Under the pieces are notes generated by a model. The model ran no database searches, was not told where the DNA came from, and saw only the letters and a list, made by a program, of their open reading frames with translations. A stretch of DNA of 64,000 nucleotides from NCBI RefSeq assembly GCF_006345805.1, contig NC_043000.1, positions 102,424,001 through 102,488,000 of the forward strand, written 5' to 3'. The translations under genes and the position numbers were made by a program. This document shows positions 50,938 to 64,000 of the stretch, in pieces. The DNA comes from Octopus sinensis (lineage: Eukaryota). Position 1 is the stretch's first letter. Each line of letters begins with the position of its first letter.

Positions 50938-50981
50938 GTGTTCCTTTCTGCGGAAGAGCGTACGCTCGAAACGTAAAACAC
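50938..50981 (+). ncRNA. Atypical minimal HHR-like motif
   Basis: GUGU-UCC-UUU CUGCGGA A GAGC GUAC GCUC GAA AC GU A AAA ACAC; A6 replaced by C. Confidence 0.45.
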
Positions 50982-51989
50982 TTTTTTCAAATCCCGCGCG
51001 TTATACTAATGTATCTGTTTGTTTTCTACACCACCTGTCTTCGTCTTGTGTTGTTTTTTTTTTCTTTTCGTGAATTCTCCCTACATATATATATATTATC
51101 TAAAATAGAGGAATTTATGTATAAATATATGTGACAATTAGATGGTTGTCTTAATAAAACTCAGACTTTCGGATGCCGGGACTAAAGTCTGTTCTGGGAT
51201 CTGAACAGTCATTTAGACAAACAAAAACGCTATGAAAAAATCGTTAATAAATATAAATTTGATTTGAGGATACGTTAACCTCGTAAAGGGATAGTTACAT
51301 CCAAGGAAATACGGGTTCAATACCTAGTATTATTGAAGAATGAAATTCCCTTAAAACAATAGGTATATATTAAGCATATAGTTTATATCCAGTTAAATGC
51401 TAAAAAGAAAATGGAGTGTAGGAAGTTAATAATTATTTATTGTTAACAAATTGGTCATCTTTTCTTCTTACAGCCATTTCAATTAATACTCAATAATTTA
51501 ATTACTAATTTGTGTATTAAATTTGCATTTATGTAACCTGAGCATAATTTCTTCTGAGAAAAATATATACCTTGAAATGTTACATGCCGACCTATCAATT
51601 CAGTTGAGCAGACTAAATATTAGGGTTTATAATTTATGCTCAGCAAAGGGATTAAAGATTGATTAGAATATAATTAGGGATAAGGTAAAATAAAGAAAAA
51701 CGAGAAAAATAAAGTAAAAATAGAAATGTTTGGGGAAAAATAATCATAAGGTAAATTTATAGTTAACTAGCAATAATACCTGTCGCTTATCGGGTAATTA
51801 CTTTTGCTCTTTCTCAAGAGCCACGTTCAAAGTATTATTATATAGAGAGAGTTACTCTTCTTGTATGTAATAATTGAAGTAGAAAAAAGATCAATTTCAT
51901 ACACAAACCTCTGTCTGTTTATTATATGAGAATCATAAGTGAGTTGTGTGTTATTCTAAATATCAATACAGTAATGGTACTTATATAAT

Positions 51990-52108
51990 ACACAAGGCTT
52001 TGGTCGGCATGGAGCTGCAATGAAAGAGAATTGCCCAACGTGCCACACAGTGGGACTGAACCCAAAGCGACATGGTTGGAAAGCTAGCTTCTCAACCACA
52101 CAGCCACA
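51990..52108 (-). mobile_element. SINE family A 5' fragment
   Basis: ...CAGTGGGACTGAACCC...CAACCACACAGCCAC. Confidence 0.7.
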
Positions 52109-52659
52109 CTTATAAAGGCGAGATACATTTTGGATAATATACTCCTTGATACAATATGCTTAACAAAATAATGGGATGTTTACGTTGAGGAGACCTTTGA
52201 TTTTAATATTTACTAGCGCAATGCAACAACCATCAACGCAACACTGTACAGGGTGTTTCAGAATCAACTATTTGTTTCAATGAAATTAAACAATTTTTTT
52301 TTTTTAAATTACAGAATTTTACGTTTATTACCAAAAACAAATAGATTTATAACTCTTAGGTCAAACTTTTATTGAAAATTTTCTACATGTCTGTATCCCT
52401 GCATACTTCAAATCTCTCCTTAGCGTTGTGAAACACATTTTGAAGCATTTCAGGAGTTAGTTCTTGCACTGCTAACTGAATGCGTTCTTTAAGCTTAGCT
52501 AAATGATGGCTCCATCTTGGGGACGGAGGTAAAGAAAATGATTGCTGTCAAACAGAAAAAAAGCTATCATGGACAAATAAGAGGAGTCCAACAGGAACAA
52601 AAATAGAATTATAAACAAAATTCAAAATTTATACGCTTTTAACATATATTAAAGATGAT

Positions 52660-52930
52660 AAACATAGTTAGTTTTAAAAGAAATACACATGCGCTGCTTT
52701 CTTCCAAGGAATCTTATGATCTTAGCTTAGTTTTTCCTTGAGGCTGGCCAGATTGAAGCAAACTCAAGTACAATCAGCCGAAACTGCGTGGATAATCTGG
52801 TGGTTGACTGACGAAAGAAAATTTCGAATGACCCGTCCTTGATTTCTTTGTATCGTCTATCTGGATGCTTTGTTGTCCCATTTTTGTATCACCTAGCTGT
52901 CCGGATGTATTGCGTTCTTGTCCCATTTTT
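52660..52930 (-). repeat. Family X repeat copy
   Basis: TTCCAAGGAATC...CAGATTG...CAGCCGAAACTG...GACTGACGA...CCCGTC...TTGTCCCATTTT(TA)n. Confidence 0.7.
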
Positions 52931-52952
52931 TATTATATATATATATGTATAT

Positions 52953-53051
<99 letters not shown>

Positions 53052-54279
53052 CTCTCAAGCTGCGAATCAAAATGTATCCCGATATACATAACTGTTTAGG
53101 TAAAGTAACAAGTGCACAACATTGGAAATGGCGCCATTATAGAAACATGTAGAAGACACATCTGTAAAAAAAATACATGCTATGGAGCTAATATTGAATT
53201 TAATTTGAAAGAGTGTGGGATTGTAAGAGTGTATATGTGAGAGTTTGTGTGTGTGTTTGTGTGTGTGTACTTGTTCAATTGTAGGCACAAATACGTTCCA
53301 GTTTAATGTTTTTGTTTAATGATTTTCGCTCATATTTCTTTATTACCGTATCTGACGGTATATAAGCTGCCCTTTCCCCAAAAAAGAACATCCCAAAACA
53401 TCATTATCAAGATCTTATCTGCGAAACACGGTCAATATTACATGCTTTGATGTACTAAAAACGCGTGGTTTCCTTCATGAAGTGATGTACCATTAACGGA
53501 CGGCAAATCTCTCTTGTAGTTTAAATTAAGTTAAGTTGAAGAATATCTTTTCCTAAATAAGTACTGCTGAAATTGGAGTACATCTAATATACCTGTGCAT
53601 CTTTTATGCCGTCAAATAAGAGTCTTAATGCTTAGTTTCAAGCAACACCATTGCTAAGTCCATTGTAGCAAAAACAGACACACAAATAACGAATTCTCAT
53701 ACATAGAATAATATCAGTATTGAAGAAATATTAGAAAACATAAGTAAGATAGATAATAGAATGGCATGTCTAGGCTACTTCCTATATTAGTGGCTCTCAG
53801 ACTATTTATACTTGTGCACTTTAAAGAAAATCAATATATTTTAGCACAATTCATGCATAAGATAGAAAATGTATGCAAAAATGTTATGTATATTCGTTTT
53901 GCAACAACGCGGTTCCTGGCCAAATACCATTGCATGGCACCTTGGGGATGAGTTGAATTAGGTAGACGGAACTGCTTTGCAAAGACCATCGTGCGATTTC
54001 GTATATATGTGTGTGTATATGCGAGTGAGTGTGCGGAGAATATATATGTGTGTGTGGTGTGTGTGTGTGTGTGTGTGTGTGTTCTTGTGCTTACACCTGC
54101 GTAATTACACCAGCTTAAACACCGGGTTTGTTTATTTTGTGGTTATTTGTGGTCCCTTTTTAAGTGGCTAAAAAATATAGGAATTGATAAAACACGCTAT
54201 AGAGTTGATTCAGTCAACTAGACTCTCGAAAGTGATGCCCCACAACCACTCGATAACAGGCACCAGTTTCTTTAATCCC

Positions 54280-54422
54280 CCATGACTTAGCGGTTCGGCA
54301 AAAGAGACCGATAAATTAAGTTCTCGACCCAAAACTTAATACTGGGGTCGATCTGTTTGATTAAAACCTTCAAGTTGGTACCCCAGCATGGCCGCAATCC
54401 TGCAACTGAAACAAGTAAAAGG
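54280..54422 (+). mobile_element. SINE family A 3' tail
   Basis: ACTTAGCGGTTCGGCAAAAGAGACCGATA...CAGCATGGCCGCA...GAAACAAGTAAAAG. Confidence 0.75.
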
Positions 54423-55795
54423 TATGATCAGCCCTGGGTCTAAGATCACCATTGTTTTTTCTTTCCTTACTGACGCTACTTTTAACATCTTTTTTTTATA
54501 TTTCTTTTTATCTATTGAGCAGAAATGGATCTAATTCAGGGGCTATTTAAAATATTTAACCCCTTTAATATTTAACTTGCCCTTAAAATTTTCAGTGAAG
54601 TTCTAAATCATGGGATTATGAAATCACGAGGTTGTAAATTGAGCGTTTCAACCACATAGCCATGCCTGCACCTATACCAAACATTAATTAAAATTCACAT
54701 ATTCATATTTTTTACACAACATTCTGAATTTTAAAAAATATTATTAATATTATTAAGAAAAAATAATCATAATTTTTTTTTTATATTTCTATTATTTATT
54801 AAAAAGTATTTACTTATTTATTCAAATTCTTGTTATCAAAAAGTATAATTCTTAGTTTTTGCTACATAGAGTACAACAATAATTTCCTTTTTTTATTTTA
54901 ATCGACACGTCTACAGTTATATTTCGTGTTATATTAAAACTTTATACTAAAAATTTCAGTTAATATTTTTCATTTTTTTAATGTTTTTTTTAGCATTATT
55001 TTATTTTTCAATAGTTTTATTATTTTCACGACGCATCCAGTTATATCACGTCTAACAGTGAATTTTTATTCTCTACAAAAAACAACATACAAAACTTATA
55101 ATATTGAATAAAAAGCCGGAATTAATTTCAAAGTGCCGACACGAAGAGAACAGACCGATACCGTTAACGTCAGTTCGAACTATAAACAAGCAGTCGCTAT
55201 TTTATTGCCAAATATATACATACATGGATTATTAACAGAAATAACATTTCGCAAAATATCATTTTGAGCTTTATTCTACATTCATTTCAATGCTATCCCA
55301 GTGTTATCCTTCTGATACCATTATCTTTCTTACAAGAGCGTTATAACTTCCTAAACTCCTATCCATATCTGAATTTTAGTTTCAATACATTTAAGAAGCA
55401 ATTTTTATTTTGTTATTCTTACTTAAAATTCCTATTTGAATTCATTCTTCATAATTTTTTACCCCAGAATCCGACGTCTTATCCCACAACGCGTGTTCCT
55501 TTCTCACGCATCCAGATAACACCTACATATATATTCATATCATTACAAATATATTTGTGCATAATCTCCTATACATATATGCGTATATACATGACAATGC
55601 CCAACAAGGTACAAATTCGTACCTGGCATTCTCACTAGCCGCTACTGGAAAGATTTTCATCTCTTTCCGCTATATAATGTTTTTAAACACAATATACTAT
55701 CGCTACATGAATACCACAATAAATTTGCATTTTCGCGATGTATTCACATTACGTATGATTCACAAATACATATTTCAATCTACTACTGCTTCTGC

Positions 55796-55924
<129 letters not shown>

Positions 55925-56358
55925 TAGATAGATATAGATATGTACATATATAAATTTAATTAGAGAATGTGTAAACCTCATGAAGGGATGGTTTCATCCA
56001 AGGAAATACCTAGCATTTTGGAAGAATAAATTCCCTTAAAATAATAGGTATATATAAAAATACTTCCTTAAAAAATAGGCATATATAAAAACATAGAGTT
56101 TTTATATATACCATGTGAACGTAAACAAAATAGTTTGTTACTACAAACAATGCTAAAGGCTGGCAGAACGTGTTGCCATTTTTCAGCCTATAATGAGTAG
56201 AATTTTTAGATGGGAAGTCTGTTTTTATTGTATATTAAAAATTATTCTATTTTTTTAATTTCTGAAATTTGCACTTAGTACTTATTTGATATTTGAAATT
56301 ATTGTACAGTTGAAATCTTCTATAAATAAAATTATTCTCCCATGAAAGCTTGTTTTAG

Positions 56359-56449
56359 TTAGAATTTGGTTTGATAAAATGTCTCTCGATGAAAAAAAAG
56401 TATCAAGGACTGAAACAAGTCCACAGCTGCCTATTACCTCTAAACAAAG
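56359..56449 (+). CDS. Candidate exon (possible ATG at 56379)
   Basis: CTTGTTTTAG acceptor, AAG|GTAAGA donor; RIWFDKMSLDEKKVSRTETSPQLPITSKQ; phase-compatible with 56697-56745 (QNLLNDVDFHLTIFIS). Confidence 0.33.
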
Positions 56450-57532
56450 GTAAGATTTTGCCATAAGCATGTAAAATAACTTTAAACGATTAATTCTTAA
56501 TTTCTTAAGTTATCTTCCTGAGCTTTGAAAGCCACTAAAAATTAGCACAAGCTATGTTTTCCTTCTCTAACTAAAGGGCAAGTTGAGAATTTTTTTATGC
56601 ATTCGTCATTTGGTACACCACTGATTGCTGCAGTCATTTCCCTGGGCTAATTTTATTTTACTATGGTAAATGCTATATTTATATATTTTATTTCAGGCAA
56701 AACCTATTGAATGATGTCGATTTCCACTTGACTATTTTCATTTCCGTATAAATTTTGTTGGATAACGAACTAATAAATATGGGTTTCTTTTCTAAGAAGA
56801 GTCCCTCACGTATTTAATCATTTCGTTTTCCCATTTTATATATTTCGTGAGAAGTTATTGACCGATGGAATAAGATTTGAAGCAATCATTTTCAGTATTG
56901 GAAATGGTAAACTCAAACAGTTAAGGCAAATTCGCAACATTCTATGGAAAAATACGGAGAGAAAGAGAGGGAAGAGGAGAAAAGCAGGAAAAGGAAATGA
57001 GAGAGAATTGATTATGCATATTTCTCCGAAATTATTCCTTCTTTAAACACCATTTGTGTTGGGACTAAATACACAGAATTACAATTATTCATTATTTCCT
57101 TCTGCTTCCAAATTGTCCATCTTCAGTAGAATTTATCGCAAATCTTTATTCATTTTTGCCAGTGACATTCATTTGTTTTGTTCTCTACTTTTTTTTTCCT
57201 TTTCCCTTTTCCCGTTAGCGTAAGGTATAAATAACTAAGAGACATTCTTCCATTCGTTAACGTAGAATAAGAAAGCAACTATTATTACGCCAAAAAATTT
57301 TCCTTGATGTCTAATAGTGAAAACTATTATATATTATTTTTGCATTCACGAAAAAACCTCTTCTTTGAAAATGTCCAAATTCGTGGAACTAGATTGTCTC
57401 TGTCTACATTTAAACGATGAGATTTTATCGACTTTAAGGAAGTTCAGTCTGGCACTCACACACAAAAATAAACAAGTTCTAATGATAAATAAGAAGCAAA
57501 AATTTAAAATATTATTCTTTACTAACATTCAG

Positions 57533-57591
57533 TTTGGCCTCTGGTGGGCAACATTCAAAGAGCTGGAATTATACACGCATTATCGACTGTA
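57533..57591 (+). CDS. Candidate exon
   Basis: TTTACTAACATTCAG acceptor (with a CTAAC branch-like motif), GTA|GTGAGC donor; open frames WPLVGNIQRAGIIHALSTV or FGLWWATFKELELYTHYRL. Confidence 0.28.
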
Positions 57592-58129
57592 GTGAGCTTG
57601 AATGCCTTATATATTATCTACTAAACTACTTCATTGCAGAACAGTAAAGATAAATGTAAAAACATTTTGTGTTATTATTTATAACTTTTTTTATGGCTGA
57701 TAACAAAGTTATAGCTGATCGATTTGATAGGGTCCTGACCTGCCTGCCAAGGGGGCTTTGATTTCTGTCTTCTTTGTGGCGCTGTGTTTGTATCAAAAAG
57801 TTTTAATATTTTCAACTAGTTTGTCAATCTAGACATAGTAAAGACCGATAAGTTATGGATAAGTTATCGAACTTCTTGCTCTTCTGATTATGAAATCAGA
57901 TCCGTTGCAGAAGACACATTGGCATTTCTGATTAGAACTGTATATTTTGAGCTCCAGCAATCGACTGAGCTGTCTAAAATACAAACGAGATCATTTAAGA
58001 AAAATTATTTACGATAAAGCAGGGTACTATTTGCTTCATGTCATGAAATAAAATTTAAACAAAATATCGATTTCAAATCTCTGTGAGAACAAAACATCAT
58101 TTAGAGTTACAATTGTTTGCCTGAATAAA

Positions 58130-58147
58130 TAGATAGGTAGATAGATG

Positions 58148-58207
<60 letters not shown>

Positions 58208-58313
58208 TAGATAGATAGATAGTTAGATACATACATACATAATACATACATACATACATACATACATACATACATACATACATACATACATACATACATA
58301 CATGCATACATAC

Positions 58314-58383
<70 letters not shown>

Positions 58384-58487
58384 GGAGATAGAGATATAGA
58401 GTTAGAGATAGAGTTAGAGATAGAGTTAGAGATAGAGTTAGAGATAGATAGATAGATAGAGATAGATAGATAGAGATAGATAGATAG

Positions 58488-58580
<93 letters not shown>

Positions 58581-58795
58581 CATACATACATACATACATA
58601 CATACATACATACATACATACATACATACATACATACATGCATACATACGTAGAGAGAGAGAGAGAAAGACAGACAGACAGACAGCGACAGACAGAGAGT
58701 GGGAGAGAGATATAGATAGAGAGAGAAATATATATACATAGAGAGAGAGAGAGAGAGATAGGGAGATAGAGATATAGAGTTAGAGATAGAGTTAG

Positions 58796-58884
<89 letters not shown>

Positions 58885-58890
58885 TAATTA
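58130..58890. repeat. (AGAT)/(ACAT)/(AG)/(GAGTTAGAGATA) compound repeat, duplicated as a block
   Basis: The order ACAT-AG-GGGAGATAGAGATATAGAGTTAG-AGAT occurs twice. Confidence 0.9.
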
Positions 58891-59079
58891 TCTTCTTTAC
58901 ATGAGACAAGAAGCATTGTGTAAATAATGAGAGTTCTGGAAATTTCTATCTAAAAGTGAAACATCTAATTGATTAGTACCCTATCAAGGGATATATGTAT
59001 GAGAGGGAGAAAGAGAGAAAGTGACAGAGAGTGTGTACGCCCAACCATACACACATACATACATACATACATACATACA

Positions 59080-59174
<95 letters not shown>

Positions 59175-60451
59175 ACCACTAAATTACATGAAAATTTAGA
59201 TAAATGAGATAAATTCCGTAACATTGTAAGGTCGTCTGACAAAGTATAGAAAGTAAAAGCTGACAAGGTGTATATATTTTAACTATTTTACTGGTTTCGA
59301 TCATTGGAATCCGACGACATCATGTCACGGCTTCGATGGAATTTAGTCATTCATATCGCACCCTACCACTCACCCAACGATGTACTTTTTTTTCCATCTT
59401 GGCTTTATTTCGTCGATCTCTGTTTGCCGAACCTTTTATGGAAGCCTACATGAATTGACACGATATAAAACAACAGTTTTATATCGGGGTAAAAAATATA
59501 TATACACATACACATACACACACACAGATACACATACACACACATCCACATACACACACACACACGCGCATACACACATACATACATGAATGCATACATA
59601 TATATACCACTATATATATTATATATATATATATTGTAGAATAACTGAAGTAATGTGCAAATAATATTATTATTATATATATTTATATATAAACACACAC
59701 ACATTAGATGCTACACATACATGCCTGCACACCCACACATACACAGACACGTACTTGTTCGCGCATACATACGCATGTACACGCACTCACATAATTTTAT
59801 ACACACATACGTGCTTGCTCACATATACATACACACACGCTCACACGCACACTACACATATATGCAGCCACTCTTTATCCTCACACACACACACAGACAC
59901 ACTGTCTCCTCTCTCTCACACGCTCACATGCGTACGCAATCATGCTTTTTAGTCTAGTCACTGTTGACTTCCATGCATCCGACACCGCCAGTCACTTTAT
60001 TTTCTGGTCAGTTCAACATGTTTCATTGTTAATTCGGACTCATTTTTTTCTTTCTATCCATTTTTTTCACTCTCTGTTTTGTCTCCTTATTTCTTTTTGA
60101 AGGAAGAATTTCTTAGGCTCAAATCATCAAAGACTTCTTTCATTTTTTCTGAACCTCAAAACTAATACACCATGTTGGTTGTTCTTTCACTTGCTTGTTT
60201 TCTGTATATTATTGAACTAATATATATATATAGCAACAAATAGACAATGTGTCATTTAACTACACCTGTTTCCAACGAAATCGTTGGAAACAGCTGTGGT
60301 GAATCAATCGTATACATAACCTTAATGTCTTTCTATCTGTACTTCGGTACCTGCGTATGTATTTGTCTTTGTTGCGTATGCATTTCAATTTTGACCTGAC
60401 CCGGTACCTCACCATTTAAGTACTTGGTTCACTTGAATCCTAATTTTGTGT

Positions 60452-60539
<88 letters not shown>

Positions 60540-60590
60540 CTATTTATTCATATGTATATATATTTATGTATGTATATATATTTGTATATA

Positions 60591-60868
60591 CAACTTATAA
60601 ATAAGGGCAAACGAAAAAATTACATGGGTATGATTAAGCATCTCATTTACTTCTTTGCCACATATATCACTGCCGAAGGGAGGGTTCTTTTTTAACTAAC
60701 CCTGAAATCGGTCTGATATGGTAATAATGGAATTTTTTAGAGATTTCTGTCGTCCTTTTTTCGAGTAGCGTGCGTACTGGGAAAAAATTATATGGTAAAT
60801 GGACAATATGTCGAATTTTCGGCATATTTGGCATTAGAAATTTTTCTTTTGCCCTTATATATAAGTTG
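60591..60868. mobile_element. MITE-like element (~280 bp)
   Basis: TIRs CAACTTATAAATAAGGGCAAACGAAAAA / CAACTTATATATAAGGGCAAAAGAAAAA (26/28) in TA-rich flanks. Confidence 0.7.
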
Positions 60869-61044
60869 TTTATAATTTAACCTTTAAAGGTATTTTTAAT
60901 ATGCTGGCCATTGATTAAATTTTTTTTCGAAAAAATTTTATCCTACATTAGATATATATTTGTATATATATTTGTATATATATATGTGTGTGTGTGTGTA
61001 AAAATAAATATATATCTCTATCTCTCTTTCTCCCTCTCTCTCTC

Positions 61045-61083
<39 letters not shown>

Positions 61084-61250
61084 ATATATATATATATTTC
61101 TTGGTCGTCACTTGACATCTTAGATGACATGGTAGGCAGTATATACTATGTTTTCGTTAATTATATTAGCAGAAATAGATGCCCTCTCAGCCCTCGTATC
61201 CTTGACCCAGTGGAATATCTATAATATGACTGTTGCTTGGAGAAAGAGTG

Positions 61251-61291
<41 letters not shown>

Positions 61292-61949
61292 TTCACTCTT
61301 TCTCTCTTTTCCCTTACATATATATATGCGTATGTGTGTATGTGTGCGTGTATATATATATATATATATTATATATATATATTATATATATATATATATA
61401 CTGACGTAAACACGCCTATTTACAAAGATTAAAATACTAGACGGAACTCTAAGAGTTAACTTTCACTTTTTCAAAACAAAAGGTAAATATCCCATTAGTA
61501 ACTAAATAAAACCAACACCCAAACCGCGAGAGAGATCTGCTAACCATCAACCTAACACCATTCTTTTGTGAACACTTATGAATTAAAGATGACACACCTA
61601 AATATATACACCAAATTACAAAGTTCTACAAGCGTGAAGGAATGAGTTCCAACAATTAGTTCTTCCTCAAATTTAATCAATAAAAGTTCCCTTACCACCA
61701 CAACCTATCATACAGCCTAATTATCATTCAACAGAACTCAGCTTACCTAGAAAATTTTAATTTAACTGAGACTATATGAAGCCAAAATGAACTTAAATTA
61801 TTTTCAGTCCCATGATCGCTTAACTGTTGTTCTTGTTAAAGAATAATAAATCTGTACTCTATCAAAAGGTATGAAGTAAACGCTCAGTTTAATGTAAAAT
61901 TGCTTTTCTTATAACATTCATATATGTGTGTGTATGCGTCTTTGTATAC

Positions 61950-62012
<63 letters not shown>

Positions 62013-62043
62013 GTAAAATAATGTGACAATTATTCAATAGCCA

Positions 62044-62106
62044 AGATAAAACTCTGAGTTTCGGATGCCGAGGTGGAAATCCACAACACCATCTCTTCAG
62101 TTATCT
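62044..62106 (-). ncRNA. Minimal type I HHR, near-canonical
   Basis: AGAUAA CUGAAGA GAUG...(GUGG/CCAC)...CAUC-C GAA ACUC A GAGU U UUAUCU; one-nt register defect at the base of stem II. Confidence 0.65.
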
Positions 62107-63116
62107 GACCATATGAAAAACACTATGAAAAAATAATTGCCACATATTTTACAGATAAATTTCCTCTATTTACATAATATTGAGGTCTCTTTCTGTTGTT
62201 ATCTTACCGTTTTTTACCAATATATATATTTATATATATATATGGGAGAGAGAGCGAGCTTTCAAATCAACCGTGTGTGTGTCTGTGTGTGTATGTGTAT
62301 GTGTAATCTTTGGATTTGTATTACACATTCAATGCTTTATTAGAAACCACACTCCTATGGTCAGGTACGAGTTTGCATGATTTATTTTCCCCAAAGTTTC
62401 TTACCTCAAGAACTTGGGTGATTCCTCCATGTGGCCACACAATCTGCTAGAAATAGCAACCGAGTCACCTTCAAACCACAATTTAGTGTCTCAAAAATGA
62501 ACACGTTGCCTAATGTAGTTCTACACGCACTATGTCTAAAAACACGTGACATCTTTCATTATGCATCTACTGGGTGAAGTTGGCTTTGTGTTAAAGAAAA
62601 ACTACATCATCCCTTGACTTGCTACAAACAGCAGTCAAATTTCCTTCAAAGAAAAACTAACCACCTTTTTTAAAAGGGAATGATGCATTGATCAATGTAG
62701 TCCAAGGTACATTTTGCCTAGAAAAAGACAGGATAATCATGGCAGGAAAGTCCGTGATTTGTAGACTCAAATCGGTCAGAGATGACATGGAGTTTAGACG
62801 ACAACAATAACAACGTGTAGACAAAAAGCTTCTATATCGTTGTAAAACGATCTGTCTATTGTAGTATTCAAATTTCCTTGATCAATTTCTTATGTCATAT
62901 TTTTAGTGTCCAAAAAATCATTACCACAATAAAGCTGAGTTAACTACAATCGATTGGAGCAAACCTTTCGTCCGACTGCTGAAGATGTAAAACAATATCT
63001 ATTGAAAATATTATAAACCTATTTCTCTGAATTTGTGCCGCTCAATAATATATAATGGAATACGTGTTTTATCTTTCATTTATTGTTTTCTAGTTTTGGT
63101 TTACCATTCCTGTCAG

Positions 63117-63193
63117 ATGCAAATCAGAAGGGAAAAATACAAACCGTTTGAGGAGCGGATGACAAGGGCGAGGGTTGGATTTCTTTGTTTGAG
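63117..63193 (+). CDS. Candidate exon (phase 0-2)
   Basis: TTACCATTCCTGTCAG acceptor, GAG|GTAGAA donor; only one frame open: MQIRREKYKPFEERMTRARVGFLCL. Confidence 0.28.
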
Positions 63194-64000
63194 GTAGAAA
63201 ATAGAAACGATTTCCGTGAAGCAATCATAAAAAGACAACAATTACTATCTCTTATTAGCACCAAAGTAGAAAAGAAAAGAACTATAAGAAATTAATGTTA
63301 ATTTTCATCATATCTCCTGTTTCATGCAGATCTTTTAGAGAAATCACAGACAAATTATTTTCTTTTTCTTCTTTTTTTTTCAATTCCTTTTTTTCCCCTT
63401 TTTTTCTTTTTTCCTTTTTTTTTTCCTGTTTCCCCGTCTATTTTGTATATGTTAAACAATTCACCAGAGAAATGAAAGTAGATATTACGAAAATTGAGCA
63501 ATAAGTAATAGCTCCGTGATTTCTACCTCATTAAATGGAGGAAATTTGCCGCTGTCATATCAATCGGGAAAGTATTAACATATAAAGGTAATAGTTAGCT
63601 TGCAGCTATAACAGTTTAGTCTGATGGTGAAATAGATATTTCATTAAGCCAAAAATAAAAAATCTTACATGCTTCATGCAATATTCATGAAAGATCTTCT
63701 AAAGTTATTATACAAAAGAAAGAAAAAATAATAATATACAAACCTATATATGTTTCTTATACTTCAAAAACTCTAAGATTAACGAAGCATATCAGTATAT
63801 AATTTAAGATTCTGATATCATGTGCATTATCTGTTTTGTATTTCTATACCGTATTATATAGAACTGGTTGATTGCGTGATTAATATTTTTTGTTAAATCG
63901 ATATTTTTTATTAACCACTTCGAAATGGTTGACTTAGATGAAGTATTGATTAGCTATTTGTTAGGTAAAAAGATTTTTTAAAAAGACAAAGTCTAAGAAA

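Noticed and set aside
58107-58916. Longest ORF in the window (269 aa)
   Set aside because: Entirely (ATCT)n/(ATGT)n/(CT)n repeats.

Overview
AT-rich eukaryotic DNA, dense in (TA)n/(TATG)n/(AGAT)n/(CAT)n microsatellites and tRNA-derived SINEs. The SINE sequences resemble what I recall of Octopus repeats, so this is probably an octopod cephalopod (inference, not checked). No intact protein-coding gene is recognisable; most track ORFs are microsatellite artefacts. A few short splice-site-bounded open frames may be exons of a long-intron host gene on the + strand. Recognisable elements: a decayed full-length Ty3/Gypsy (Mag-like) LTR retrotransposon (1066-5896), a mariner-derived MITE, an internally deleted Tc1, a 5'-inverted RTE LINE end, a CR1-like remnant, a 5'-truncated Penelope-like element (PLE) with GIY-YIG endonuclease, and many SINEs. 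The main result is a set of distinct hammerhead-ribozyme (HHR) carrying elements. (i) A non-LTR retrozyme-like array of 344/353-bp monomers at 21027-22143 with three type I HHRs that have perfect cores. (ii) A tRNA-headed (A/B box) SINE whose 3' body carries a PLE-type minimal HHR, inserted twice with 12-bp TSDs and inverted 3'-end copies. (iii) The PLE's own terminal HHR, intact only in its inverted copy. (iv) Further HHR-like motifs at 38.2, 50.9 and 62.0 kb. Items i-iii sit within 6 kb, suggesting a PLE-driven family of ribozyme-bearing non-autonomous RNAs. All folds and alignments were done by hand, and element boundaries are approximate unless TSDs or TIRs are quoted.
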